Source: a virus. From it: a DNA stretch of 64,000 nt. Under the pieces are notes generated by a model. That model searched no databases, was not told the origin of the DNA, and saw only the letters and a program-made list of their open reading frames with translations. The position numbers and the translations under genes were made by a program. Of the stretch, positions 48,798 through 57,644 are shown piece by piece (positions within the stretch are counted from its first letter, which is position 1; every line of letters begins with the position of its first letter). Location: positions 4,643 through 68,642 of the IMG/VR virus record IMGVR_UViG_2846363972_000001; one strand, given 5' to 3'.

Positions 48798-49391
48798 TTA
48801 TAACGTTCCCGTATGTACAACTGTTTCAATGATTGTGGCATTCAAACTAAGGCTAACGCTTGGATCTGAGCGATCACTGCGCGCAGCGCTGCTTGGATTG
48901 TTTATCCTGAAATAAACAGGAATGGATTTGCCCCCTTTAAGCTGTTCTCCTAGTTGCAAAGCAGTTCCCGGTGCAGCCTTGTCTAATCCGTCATGTGTTA
49001 ATGACATTTTGATGTCGTCTGGCTGAAATTTCTCACCCAGATTGGCAAAGGTTACTCTGCCTGAACTGCACTGGGTGTTTGGGACAGTACTCCATTCCGG
49101 CTCAATGCTGCTGGTACGGTCATTATCTAATACCTGATACATGCAGCCATTAGCTATAGTCGGCTCAACGATATTCCCGATGCTGTAACTGTAGTTAGGT
49201 TGCCATTTTTTTAAGCGGCTATTGAGTATCAGCATTATCTGCTGGTCCGATACCGGCCTCAGCGTTTCGTGACTGTACGGGCTGCCGAAATACAGCCGGA
49301 ACTCGGTTTTACCTGCTCCGTTAAAATCGAGCTGACAAGGATCGATTGCTGTGACTGTCATCTGCTCGTCCCTGTAAAAGGTGAAAGACAT
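48798..49391 (-). CDS. Tail protein with CBM5/12-like motif, paralogue of 59783-60373
   Basis: WQPNYSYSIGNIVEPTIANGCMY. Confidence 0.6.
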   Translation of the reverse strand: MSFTFYRDEQMTVTAIDPCQLDFNGAGKTEFRLYFGSPYSHETLRPVSDQQIMLILNSRLKKWQPNYSYSIGNIVEPTIANGCMYQVLDNDRTSSIEPEWSTVPNTQCSSGRVTFANLGEKFQPDDIKMSLTHDGLDKAAPGTALQLGEQLKGGKSIPVYFRINNPSSAARSDRSDPSVSLSLNATIIETVVHTGTL

Positions 49392-49458
49392 TTTTAATCC
49401 TCATAAAAAAACCAGCCTGCCGACCGGTGTGCTTATACTTGTTTGAAAAGGCATTGAA

Positions 49459-52400
49459 TCAAGCCAGATTTTTTGCCAGATCTGCTATCATATTTTCGAA
49501 AAAGTGACGCAATGCTTTTGTAAAATTTGGATTAGCCAGCACTTCTCCCATAATTTTTTTGCCGTTATAAGAAAAATCTATTTTCAGCGTTTCTACTGAT
49601 CCGGATTTCTGTTTGGTTTCTGGTGTTCTGCTACTGGTTTCAGAAGCCATCTTGTTACTAACAAACAGATTCTGCGCTTCAATTTTTGACGCCTGCATAA
49701 GCTCAAACATTTTTCCTTTGGCATCCCCTTTTCCGTCAATTTTTAGCCCGGCAAGTCCCAGATCTTTATTGAAATCGGGCAAATTCAGCTTGCCCACAGT
49801 CAGGTTATCAACTTGCTCCTTACCGGTAAAAAAGCCGATTGCGCTACTGTCTTTTTCTTCCTGTCGTTTTTTATCCCATTCTGCCTCCTCTCTGGCGCGG
49901 GCTTCTTTGCTGAACATACTGATATTCCCGACTGATTTTGCTGTTTCAGTTAAAGAAACAGCCGCCGTATCTAATTTTTCAGCGGCTTTACGGGTCTTGT
50001 CCTGCAACTGTTTATCGCGCTCTATCTGGTCAAGATAATACTTAGCCATATTCAATTGCTCAGATGTTGCGCCCTGCTTTTTCAGGTCATAAAGCTGTTT
50101 CTGAGTATCATTCATTCCAAGCTTAGCTACCTGATCACTCAAACTTGTTAGTGTCTGTGTAATCTGTAACTGCGCCTGTAGCTGTTCTACTACCTTGTTA
50201 GTAGCCTGAGCCTGGCGAATTGTTTCTGCTGATGCATTTTTAACAGCGAGCTGAAAAGCAATTAATCCATCCTTGCCACCTGATACTTCCGCTGCCAGTT
50301 CCGCAGCCTTAGTCTTCATGTCTTGTATGTATTTAGTGTTTTCTTCGCGGTTTTTCTGCTCAGCCTCTAACGCCTTTTGATGATCATATAGCTTTTTGGT
50401 ATCTTCAACCTTTGCTTTCGCCGCTTCAACTTCAACCGCCGTAGCACCTTTCCGCGCCATTGTTTCCAAGGCTATTTGCTGTTTGGAAATTTCAATTTCC
50501 TCAGATGTCTTACCAAAGTTTTTAACTGTTTCAGCAATTCTGGTATGTGCTTCGGTTATTGATTGGCTAAGCTCGCCTATTTCAAGCTTGGTGGCTGCCG
50601 CTTTAGCTCTGGCTGTATACTCTTCAGCAGCTTTAATTGCTTCTGCATTTTGGGTTTTGGATTTAAACTGCTCCAACAACCTATCAGCATTTTCTCTAGC
50701 TAATTGCTCTTTAGATTTTCCAAGCTCATTTGCGGCTTTTTCTGTGTTTTTAGCCAGTTTTTGCAAGTTATCCTTTATATCAACAGCCTCTTTACTCAGA
50801 TCTGCTGTTTTTGGGTCTTTCTGTTTGGCTTCATATTCCTTTCGTTGCTGCTCCTTTTCTTTGGCTGCATTTTCTTCTTCATCTGTTTTCAATCTAAATA
50901 AGCCGCTAAGATGAAATTTACCAGCCGCATTATGTAACAAATCATATAAACGGGTACCTAACGTATCAACATCATTTGTAAGCCATCCAACTTTTCTTAA
51001 AAGGCTATCAAATGTATTGCTAAGCGTATTATGCGGGTCTTGATCATTAAGTAATGCATTTATAGACTTGCCGGCTTCATATACTGAAAAAGTTGCAGCA
51101 GCCGCAACGCTTGCAACCGTTGCAAACCCACCAATAGCAGTTGCACGCAATGCCGTAATAGCTATTCCTAACTGTTTTACACTATCTTTTATAGATAAAA
51201 TATTCTGAACAGCAGCACTACTTTTTATTGCACCAAGTGAAGCAGCATATACACCATTAGCCTGCGCAGCTTTTGTTGCTACACTGGCCTGTAACACCAG
51301 TGATGCAGTAAAGGCAGCCACTTCGGCAGTAGTAGCCAGCAGATATGCCGCAAGTTTTAGTCCCAGAAAGCCAACTACCGCCGTAGCAATTAAATCAATG
51401 TTATTGGCAACAGCCTGCAAAGCAGTCGTTAATATCTTAGCGGCACCGGTTGCTTCACCACTTCCTCCTATAAACATGGTTAACTGCGTTTTGATGTTTT
51501 GCAATGCCTGATCAATTGTACGGCTGGTTTTTGAAAAATCAGACTGAATCTGTGTAGATTGCTTCAGGATAGCATCAGCAAGCTGCTGTGATGTAATCTT
51601 GCCACTGCTGCCTAATGTTTTTAAGGCGCCAACAGATACGCCCATACCTTTAGCAATTGCCATCGCTAAGCCGGGCGCCTGTTCAAGAACAGAGTTAAGC
51701 TCTTCGCCGCTTAATCTGCCAGACGCCATAGCCTGCCCTAACTGGATAAGGGCATTTTCCTGAGACTGGGCACTGCCGCCACCGATTACCATAGCCTTAC
51801 TAACAAGATCAGTAATAGTGAGCAGCTTTTCACCTGATAAGCCGGTCTGATCAGTAGCCTGTGCCAGTCTCTGGTAAATAGCTGCGGTTGCGTCCAGATT
51901 CTGTCCTGTACTGCTTGAAATACGCGCTAATTCAGCCCTAACTTCTTTTAACTCTTTTTCTGAGTTAGTAACCAGCTTGATACGGTTAGTCAAAGTGGTA
52001 TAGGCATCCATCATGCCTTTAACTTCATTTATACTAAAGGCACCGATGGCATATTTAGCAATACTGGAAAAGGCATTCTTCAATTCAGGAGCTGTTGCCT
52101 TTACCTTATCTAATTCGCCTTTCAGCTTTTCTACTTCTCCGCGTACGTGCTTTACTTCCTTAGCGTTTCCGGGGACAAGCCCTATGCTAGCCATCTCTTT
52201 AGATGATACTTTTAATTGTGTAACTTCTTTCTGTAACGCTTGCAGATTCTGCGTCCATTTACTGGTAACGGCAGCATTTTGCTCAGCAGCGGCAGTCATT
52301 TTTTCAATATTTGTGCCGGCCTTTTCCTGCGATTGCAACCAGTTTTTAGTGATGGTGTTTAAAGCTTTGAATTTTTGGTTATATTCCGAGAATGCTTTAG

Positions 52401-52938
52401 TTGCTAAATTAACTTTGGTAGTTGCCTGATCAAGCAGGTTAAGTACCTTTGTATGCTCAGTTACAAAACCGGCAGAATCGCCCATTTTGATATTTACAGC
52501 CAAATCAGTTTTGATTTTAAGGTCGTCTTTAAGTTTATTAATCTCGCTACGAAACTGTTCGACCGTACCTAGTGAGGCTGTAGCGACACTAACACCAGCA
52601 AAAGCCTCAAAGGCTGATTTTGCCTGCAAAACGCTTTTACTCAGGCGTTTATATTTTTCAGATACCTTGCTTAGGCTGGTGTTACTTTTATTTAGAGCGG
52701 CAGCAGTCACATCAGTAAAAGATGCCAAACTGCTTTGATTCTTGGTTAGTCGTTTTATCTCTACTGAAGCAGTATTGATTTTTTTTGCGTAGCCGCTCAC
52801 AGTCTGCTTTATCTGATCAAACTTTATATTTAGCTGATCTGATAACTTAATTAAACGCGACTGTTCACTAGCAAACTGCACATCATCTATACGTATTACT
52901 GCGGTTAATTCTGCAATATCAGACATGATAAGCTCCAA
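49459..52938 (-). CDS. Tape measure protein, prophage 2
   Basis: 1159-aa helical protein; QLGQAMASGRLSGEELNSVLEQAPGLA tape-measure motif. Confidence 0.93.
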   Translation of the reverse strand: MELIMSDIAELTAVIRIDDVQFASEQSRLIKLSDQLNIKFDQIKQTVSGYAKKINTASVEIKRLTKNQSSLASFTDVTAAALNKSNTSLSKVSEKYKRLSKSVLQAKSAFEAFAGVSVATASLGTVEQFRSEINKLKDDLKIKTDLAVNIKMGDSAGFVTEHTKVLNLLDQATTKVNLATKAFSEYNQKFKALNTITKNWLQSQEKAGTNIEKMTAAAEQNAAVTSKWTQNLQALQKEVTQLKVSSKEMASIGLVPGNAKEVKHVRGEVEKLKGELDKVKATAPELKNAFSSIAKYAIGAFSINEVKGMMDAYTTLTNRIKLVTNSEKELKEVRAELARISSSTGQNLDATAAIYQRLAQATDQTGLSGEKLLTITDLVSKAMVIGGGSAQSQENALIQLGQAMASGRLSGEELNSVLEQAPGLAMAIAKGMGVSVGALKTLGSSGKITSQQLADAILKQSTQIQSDFSKTSRTIDQALQNIKTQLTMFIGGSGEATGAAKILTTALQAVANNIDLIATAVVGFLGLKLAAYLLATTAEVAAFTASLVLQASVATKAAQANGVYAASLGAIKSSAAVQNILSIKDSVKQLGIAITALRATAIGGFATVASVAAAATFSVYEAGKSINALLNDQDPHNTLSNTFDSLLRKVGWLTNDVDTLGTRLYDLLHNAAGKFHLSGLFRLKTDEEENAAKEKEQQRKEYEAKQKDPKTADLSKEAVDIKDNLQKLAKNTEKAANELGKSKEQLARENADRLLEQFKSKTQNAEAIKAAEEYTARAKAAATKLEIGELSQSITEAHTRIAETVKNFGKTSEEIEISKQQIALETMARKGATAVEVEAAKAKVEDTKKLYDHQKALEAEQKNREENTKYIQDMKTKAAELAAEVSGGKDGLIAFQLAVKNASAETIRQAQATNKVVEQLQAQLQITQTLTSLSDQVAKLGMNDTQKQLYDLKKQGATSEQLNMAKYYLDQIERDKQLQDKTRKAAEKLDTAAVSLTETAKSVGNISMFSKEARAREEAEWDKKRQEEKDSSAIGFFTGKEQVDNLTVGKLNLPDFNKDLGLAGLKIDGKGDAKGKMFELMQASKIEAQNLFVSNKMASETSSRTPETKQKSGSVETLKIDFSYNGKKIMGEVLANPNFTKALRHFFENMIADLAKNLA

Positions 52939-53008
52939 TAAAAAAAGCAGCCCGAAGGCTGCAATAGAAAAGCCAGCGTTTTGGCTGGCTTAATTTAATT
53001 GATTCGAA

Positions 53009-53509
53009 TTACCTTTTTTTCTCTTTTAATGGTTTCTCTTTCCATCTTTTAGCTAGATATTCAAATTCCTGAAATATGGTTTGAATTCCTTTTTTCTTTC
53101 GTAATTCATTAACGAACCCACTAAGATTATCCCAATCTCTTATAAACATAGTATATTGAAAACTTTTATAAATCTTTTCATCAAGAGCTCCTTCCAATAT
53201 AGCCCCAGACATAAATTCTCGATGGTTTAAAACTTCCAATATTGCTGCTCTATCATCTGCAAATTTCTCTTCTTCAGAACTATATACGGCAAATATGCAA
53301 TCTTTATCATCTTTAGCTAATTGATTAACACGAGAAATAGCTTTTTGAAGTTCGGAATTATTATTTTCCGCAACTATCATATCAATTGTTCCTCGTTTTT
53401 TCGCATTTTGTGTATTCTTATATATATTATATGCAGCAATAATAACGCCGACTGCAGTAGCTATCGGCGATATTAATTGCACCCATTGAGGGAAATCAGT
53501 CATTACCAT
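53009..53509 (-). CDS. DUF4760-like protein
   Basis: N-terminal TM; ILEVLNHREF...I..GALDE.IYK...EFEYLAKRW. Confidence 0.75.
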   Translation of the reverse strand: MVMTDFPQWVQLISPIATAVGVIIAAYNIYKNTQNAKKRGTIDMIVAENNNSELQKAISRVNQLAKDDKDCIFAVYSSEEEKFADDRAAILEVLNHREFMSGAILEGALDEKIYKSFQYTMFIRDWDNLSGFVNELRKKKGIQTIFQEFEYLAKRWKEKPLKEKKR

Positions 53510-53835
53510 CCCAACCGTCTCGGTAAATTCTTTTCATAATAAACTCCTTTAAATTTGTTACACTACAATAAACTTTTAATTTCAGGTGAGTCTAAGTGAA
53601 TCTAAATGTGTTCTAGTTATATTTAAGTAAGTCTGGGCTATGCTGGGAGCCTAGTATCTGTTTACCTCTGGTATACATATTATGAACAACTAGCACCAAT
53701 AAATCAAGTAATAAATGTAATAGTTACATTATTTAAATTTATTAAATTCATATACTTAAATAAATTTTATTAGCGCGATAGAAAAAGAACAACAAAAACC
53801 AGCACATATGTGCCGGCTTTGAATCTGTTACACAA

Positions 53836-54576
53836 TCAAATAATAAGCTTATTAATCGCACCTGTATTCAAACATATATAGCCTTTTAAACTCTTAACCT
53901 CGGCTATCTGATTATTCCTGACAACTAATAACCAGCGTCCGTTTTGATTAATGTTAGGCAATACAGGCAGGTTATCGATTGGATTAACGACGCCGCCTAA
54001 AAGTTCAATTGCCTCATCAAAATCTTTGGCTAAAATATCCTGATATCTATATACATTAAATCTAGTATAGAGTTTTTTATACACGGAATGAAATGTATTG
54101 GCGGTTTCGGCAACGTTATCAAGTACAGCTTGTCTAATCAAATATTGCTGCCGTTTATTCAATGTTGGATAGCGACCGTCCAGTTTACTGTTCTGGTTGC
54201 TGGTGTCTATATATTGTTTAGCCTGAATCTGTCTGAGCTTTTCCGCAATAGCATTAAATGCATTGATGTAAGCTATTTTGATTGACATAGCATTCTTACC
54301 GGTAAAACCCATTACCAATAATATAAAACCATCTTTTGTTAGTTCATAAATTTTGTTTTTTACAAAAAATCCCAGATTATTTTTGCGTTCTTTTTCGAGC
54401 AACGCAAAATTGCGTTCTCCGAAAGAATCAGGCACTTGCGTACAAATCTCTTCAATTTTAGCCAAAACATTGCAATGCTTTTTACCAAACGCTTTGGCTA
54501 CAAATTCACTGGTTGTTACTGGTTCGGAATGGTTAATTTGAACGAATTGCTCAAAGTCGATAGCTACTGCATTCAT
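53836..54576 (-). CDS. Rha-family antirepressor with extended C-terminus
   Basis: TTSEFVAKAFGK.H.NVL, YELTKDGFILLVMGFTG, KIAYINAFN. Confidence 0.9.
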   Translation of the reverse strand: MNAVAIDFEQFVQINHSEPVTTSEFVAKAFGKKHCNVLAKIEEICTQVPDSFGERNFALLEKERKNNLGFFVKNKIYELTKDGFILLVMGFTGKNAMSIKIAYINAFNAIAEKLRQIQAKQYIDTSNQNSKLDGRYPTLNKRQQYLIRQAVLDNVAETANTFHSVYKKLYTRFNVYRYQDILAKDFDEAIELLGGVVNPIDNLPVLPNINQNGRWLLVVRNNQIAEVKSLKGYICLNTGAINKLII

Positions 54577-54611
54577 GATAGATTCCTTACAATTTTACGA
54601 AATGCCATATA

Positions 54612-54695
54612 GGCGGCCGAGAGGTTCGTAGGCCTTGTAAGTTGGCTGGAATTATTCCCCTTGCGGGTATTGTATTCTTCACCCTCTCGGCCATA
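54612..54695 (-). ncRNA. C4-like antisense RNA upstream of rha
   Basis: Perfect 10-bp closing stem GGCCGAGAGG/CCTCTCGGCC; internal CCC-GCAA-GGG hairpin; imperfect complement at about 54768-54788. Confidence 0.6.
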
Positions 54696-55048
54696 AAAGG
54701 AATCATCTAATTTGGATTAGTAGACAATAAATTTTAGGCACAAAAAAATCACACTAACGGGGTGATACCGCTTACTATAAGGCTACGACACCTCTTAATT
54801 CAATATTGCCAAGTCTCAACCAGTTTGTCAATTAGTAGATTCAATATTAAAGACAAGAATACGCTTTCCGAGCAACTTAAAATTAAGTTTTTCGAAATAA
54901 TCAATAACTTACACTAACTTCCCTAGTGGCTCAAAATTGAGCTTCTAGCGAAAATCAATTACTTACGTGTAAATACAATTGCTTCCTATCTTCACTCCGA
55001 CCAGTTTTGATTCGCCCATCTTGGCGAATCAAAATAACTTTTAATCGA

Positions 55049-55168
55049 TTATCTAATTGCGCTGATAATTTCAGGTAATCTCCATGCAATTATAATCATC
55101 AGAATAATTAACGTAGCCGTCCACATGGTTTTGCGCAATTCTTTGGGCGTGAAATTGATAGCTTCCAT
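55049..55168 (-). CDS. 39-aa single-TM peptide, copy 2 (not in ORF track)
   Basis: MEAINFTPKELRKTMWTATLIILMIIIAWRLPEIISAIR; 37/39 identical to copy 1. Confidence 0.7.
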   Translation of the reverse strand: MEAINFTPKELRKTMWTATLIILMIIIAWRLPEIISAIR

Positions 55169-55250
55169 ATGCACTCCTTGAATAAAAAAACCACTCCGAA
55201 GAGTGGTTTGCAATTAATAAATTTAAATAACTGGTTTTAAGATTAAATTA

Positions 55251-56048
55251 TCAACTCAACATTGCTATTTGTGTAATTACCATCAAAACAATAAAGAACC
55301 ATATAATCACTGCAAATATTATATCTATAACAGATTTTTTTTCGTAAACAATTTTAGGGCTATTGGGAATAGTATTGTTAGGAGTTAATTTTATTTTCAA
55401 ACATTTTGCTGCCAGTTTTTTCTGCTCAGTTGTACCACATAGCTTAAAACCGCTTTTAATCTTTCTTAAAGTGTAAAAATTACAATATTGCAGGCACAAT
55501 ACTACGTTGAATATAAATGCCATCATAAATATTCCAAACACACCGAGCATTATGCCTGTTAATATAGCAAGTACAGTATACAACCCTAAGCACATTAGGA
55601 ATCCAATAAAATCTCCAATCAATAAAGGTGTAAAACCACCTATTATAAGAGGGAAAAAACTTTGACCAACAAATGTTAATCTTACCTCCCCGGTATTTTC
55701 ATTATAGATAGGTATTGCTTTTGAATTCAGAGCTAATAACGGTTTTTTTAAACTAAGCTCATTTAATGCATTTTCTTCAATAGCACTATCTTCCTCTACC
55801 GCTTGAGTAAATGGCTTATCCTTTGTTTTCGGTTTAGTTAATTTTTCCAACACCTCAGGGCATTCTGCAAATAGCTGCGCATTGTATTTTTTACGCGCCT
55901 CAGGATCTAATAGTGTATTTTTACATAGTTTCAAATCATCCAGAGAAATAAGCTGGTGCTGAGCCATCTGCCGCATTGCCTTTACTATCTCTGTCTCTGT
56001 TGCTGTTGGCTCAACTCCCAAAAGCGCATATAAATTAACAAACGCCAT
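55251..56048 (-). CDS. J-domain-like + multi-TM membrane protein, paralogue C
   Basis: NLYALLGVEPTAT..EIVKAMR...LKLCKNTLLDPEARKKYN; different hydrophobic C-terminus. Confidence 0.72.
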   Translation of the reverse strand: MAFVNLYALLGVEPTATETEIVKAMRQMAQHQLISLDDLKLCKNTLLDPEARKKYNAQLFAECPEVLEKLTKPKTKDKPFTQAVEEDSAIEENALNELSLKKPLLALNSKAIPIYNENTGEVRLTFVGQSFFPLIIGGFTPLLIGDFIGFLMCLGLYTVLAILTGIMLGVFGIFMMAFIFNVVLCLQYCNFYTLRKIKSGFKLCGTTEQKKLAAKCLKIKLTPNNTIPNSPKIVYEKKSVIDIIFAVIIWFFIVLMVITQIAMLS

Positions 56049-56134
56049 TGCCGTTATCCTTCAATTTTAATGTGCAAAGAATAACATAAACCCGTTTCAA
56101 AATTAATGATAATTTACACAGGCATGCATCATAT

Positions 56135-57643
56135 TCAGGCAGGATTATTAGAGGCAGAATCAATCAAAATATACTCATTGTGCCGGATATCCCAAATCTT
56201 ACCCGTTAAAGCGCAATGGAGCCGGAAGCCGTCTGCATTCAATGTTAGCGCATATAAATTCCCGTTTTTATCCTGCATATTTAATCCGCTTAAATCATTC
56301 AAGCCAGTTGGTAACAGATCTGGCGTCACCGGGTGCATAGGAATAAATTTTGCATTAACCGGATCAAATTTCATGTCAATAATGCCTTTGTCCGGGTAAA
56401 TATCCAGACTCCACAGATGGGTTATTCCGTCGCCTTTGACGGTAGTAAACAGCTGGTAATCCTTGTCAGTGGTCGGATTCCCTTTCTCGTCGTACTTGTC
56501 ACGCCAGTACAGACTGATATCCTTACCACCGATGAACTGCTGCACACCATCGGATTTTTCAAAACAATGGATAAAGTGATCAGCAAATTTCACCTGTGGT
56601 GCATTGCTGGCATTCACATCGTCCATTGAGTTAAGGCCGGCACTTTTCAGGGCATAATCGCTGATTAAATCCACGCCTATGGCTAAGTCGTCCGCACATT
56701 TCCAGCGCGAATCGTATAACCCTGCCGGCTCCGGTGCGATACCCCAGTATGCTTCGTCTGCAGAAAGTGACTGGTCAATAACGGCACAGTATGTCAGCGG
56801 CGCACTGGCGCACGTCCATTTGTAATACTGTTCAACCTCATCTCTGCGCGGAATTTTTTTCCCCTCGCGTTCCTCAGTAGAATTAATTATCTGTTTTGCT
56901 TTACTGTCCCAGCTGCTTATTTCGAATTCTGTCCGGTCGCCATAACGGAAATACAGTTCAGCCCACGACGAATCGTTGTATTGATTGGCTGCGGTCAGGT
57001 AACTGCAAAAGTAGTTATTGATTTCCTCAACGGCTCGCTTGTACTGCTCTGGGCTTTTTTTCAATAGCCCTGAAGACAAAGGGACGGTACTAAAAAATGC
57101 CGGCGCATTTAATTCGTTCTGCGTCAGCATTTTATAAACTGTATCCTCAAGTGTAGGCAGGTCGTAGTAAGCCCGTAATATGAGTATTTTATGTTTCGGG
57201 TGCAACGGACAAGTTAATAAATCAAACGGCGGCCACCATGTCCTTACAGATATCGGCGCATCATATTCATTAACCAGCCGCTTAAGCATTGCCCGGTACT
57301 GATTTTTTAACTGCAATTTGTACCATGTATTATGGCTAAAATGACTAATCTTACTGTCCGGACATATCTCCGCGGCAGGATCAAGAAAAACCCGAAACTG
57401 GCGTCCGGTATTGATGTCAAATAAACCCTCTATAATCTGTGCGTTTTCTGTAGATGGCTTGCCGGCATCATCAAAACTCAGTAAATCCGTACTTTTCAGA
57501 CAGGCTTTACCCTCCTTTTGCTTAGCCGGCATTTTAGACAACCCTACGCCGCCCAGTACGCGCGGGCGCTGATTCATCTTTTCGTATTTGGGTGTAAGTC
57601 CTAATACTTTTTTTAAATTATCCAGAAGTTGCTTATTGCTCAT
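56135..57643 (-). CDS. Putative tail-tip protein
   Basis: 502-aa ORF coupled to 57645-59780; no recognisable motif. Confidence 0.45.
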   Translation of the reverse strand: MSNKQLLDNLKKVLGLTPKYEKMNQRPRVLGGVGLSKMPAKQKEGKACLKSTDLLSFDDAGKPSTENAQIIEGLFDINTGRQFRVFLDPAAEICPDSKISHFSHNTWYKLQLKNQYRAMLKRLVNEYDAPISVRTWWPPFDLLTCPLHPKHKILILRAYYDLPTLEDTVYKMLTQNELNAPAFFSTVPLSSGLLKKSPEQYKRAVEEINNYFCSYLTAANQYNDSSWAELYFRYGDRTEFEISSWDSKAKQIINSTEEREGKKIPRRDEVEQYYKWTCASAPLTYCAVIDQSLSADEAYWGIAPEPAGLYDSRWKCADDLAIGVDLISDYALKSAGLNSMDDVNASNAPQVKFADHFIHCFEKSDGVQQFIGGKDISLYWRDKYDEKGNPTTDKDYQLFTTVKGDGITHLWSLDIYPDKGIIDMKFDPVNAKFIPMHPVTPDLLPTGLNDLSGLNMQDKNGNLYALTLNADGFRLHCALTGKIWDIRHNEYILIDSASNNPA

Positions 57644-57644
57644 A

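Noticed and set aside
53670-53700. dif-like site
   Set aside because: Only a partial CATAAT-ATGTAT match and no XerD arm
55005-55034. 12-bp perfect hairpin TTTTGATTCGCC/GGCGAATCAAAA
   Set aside because: Lies just after the peptide gene; most simply a terminator or a remnant of antirepressor coding sequence
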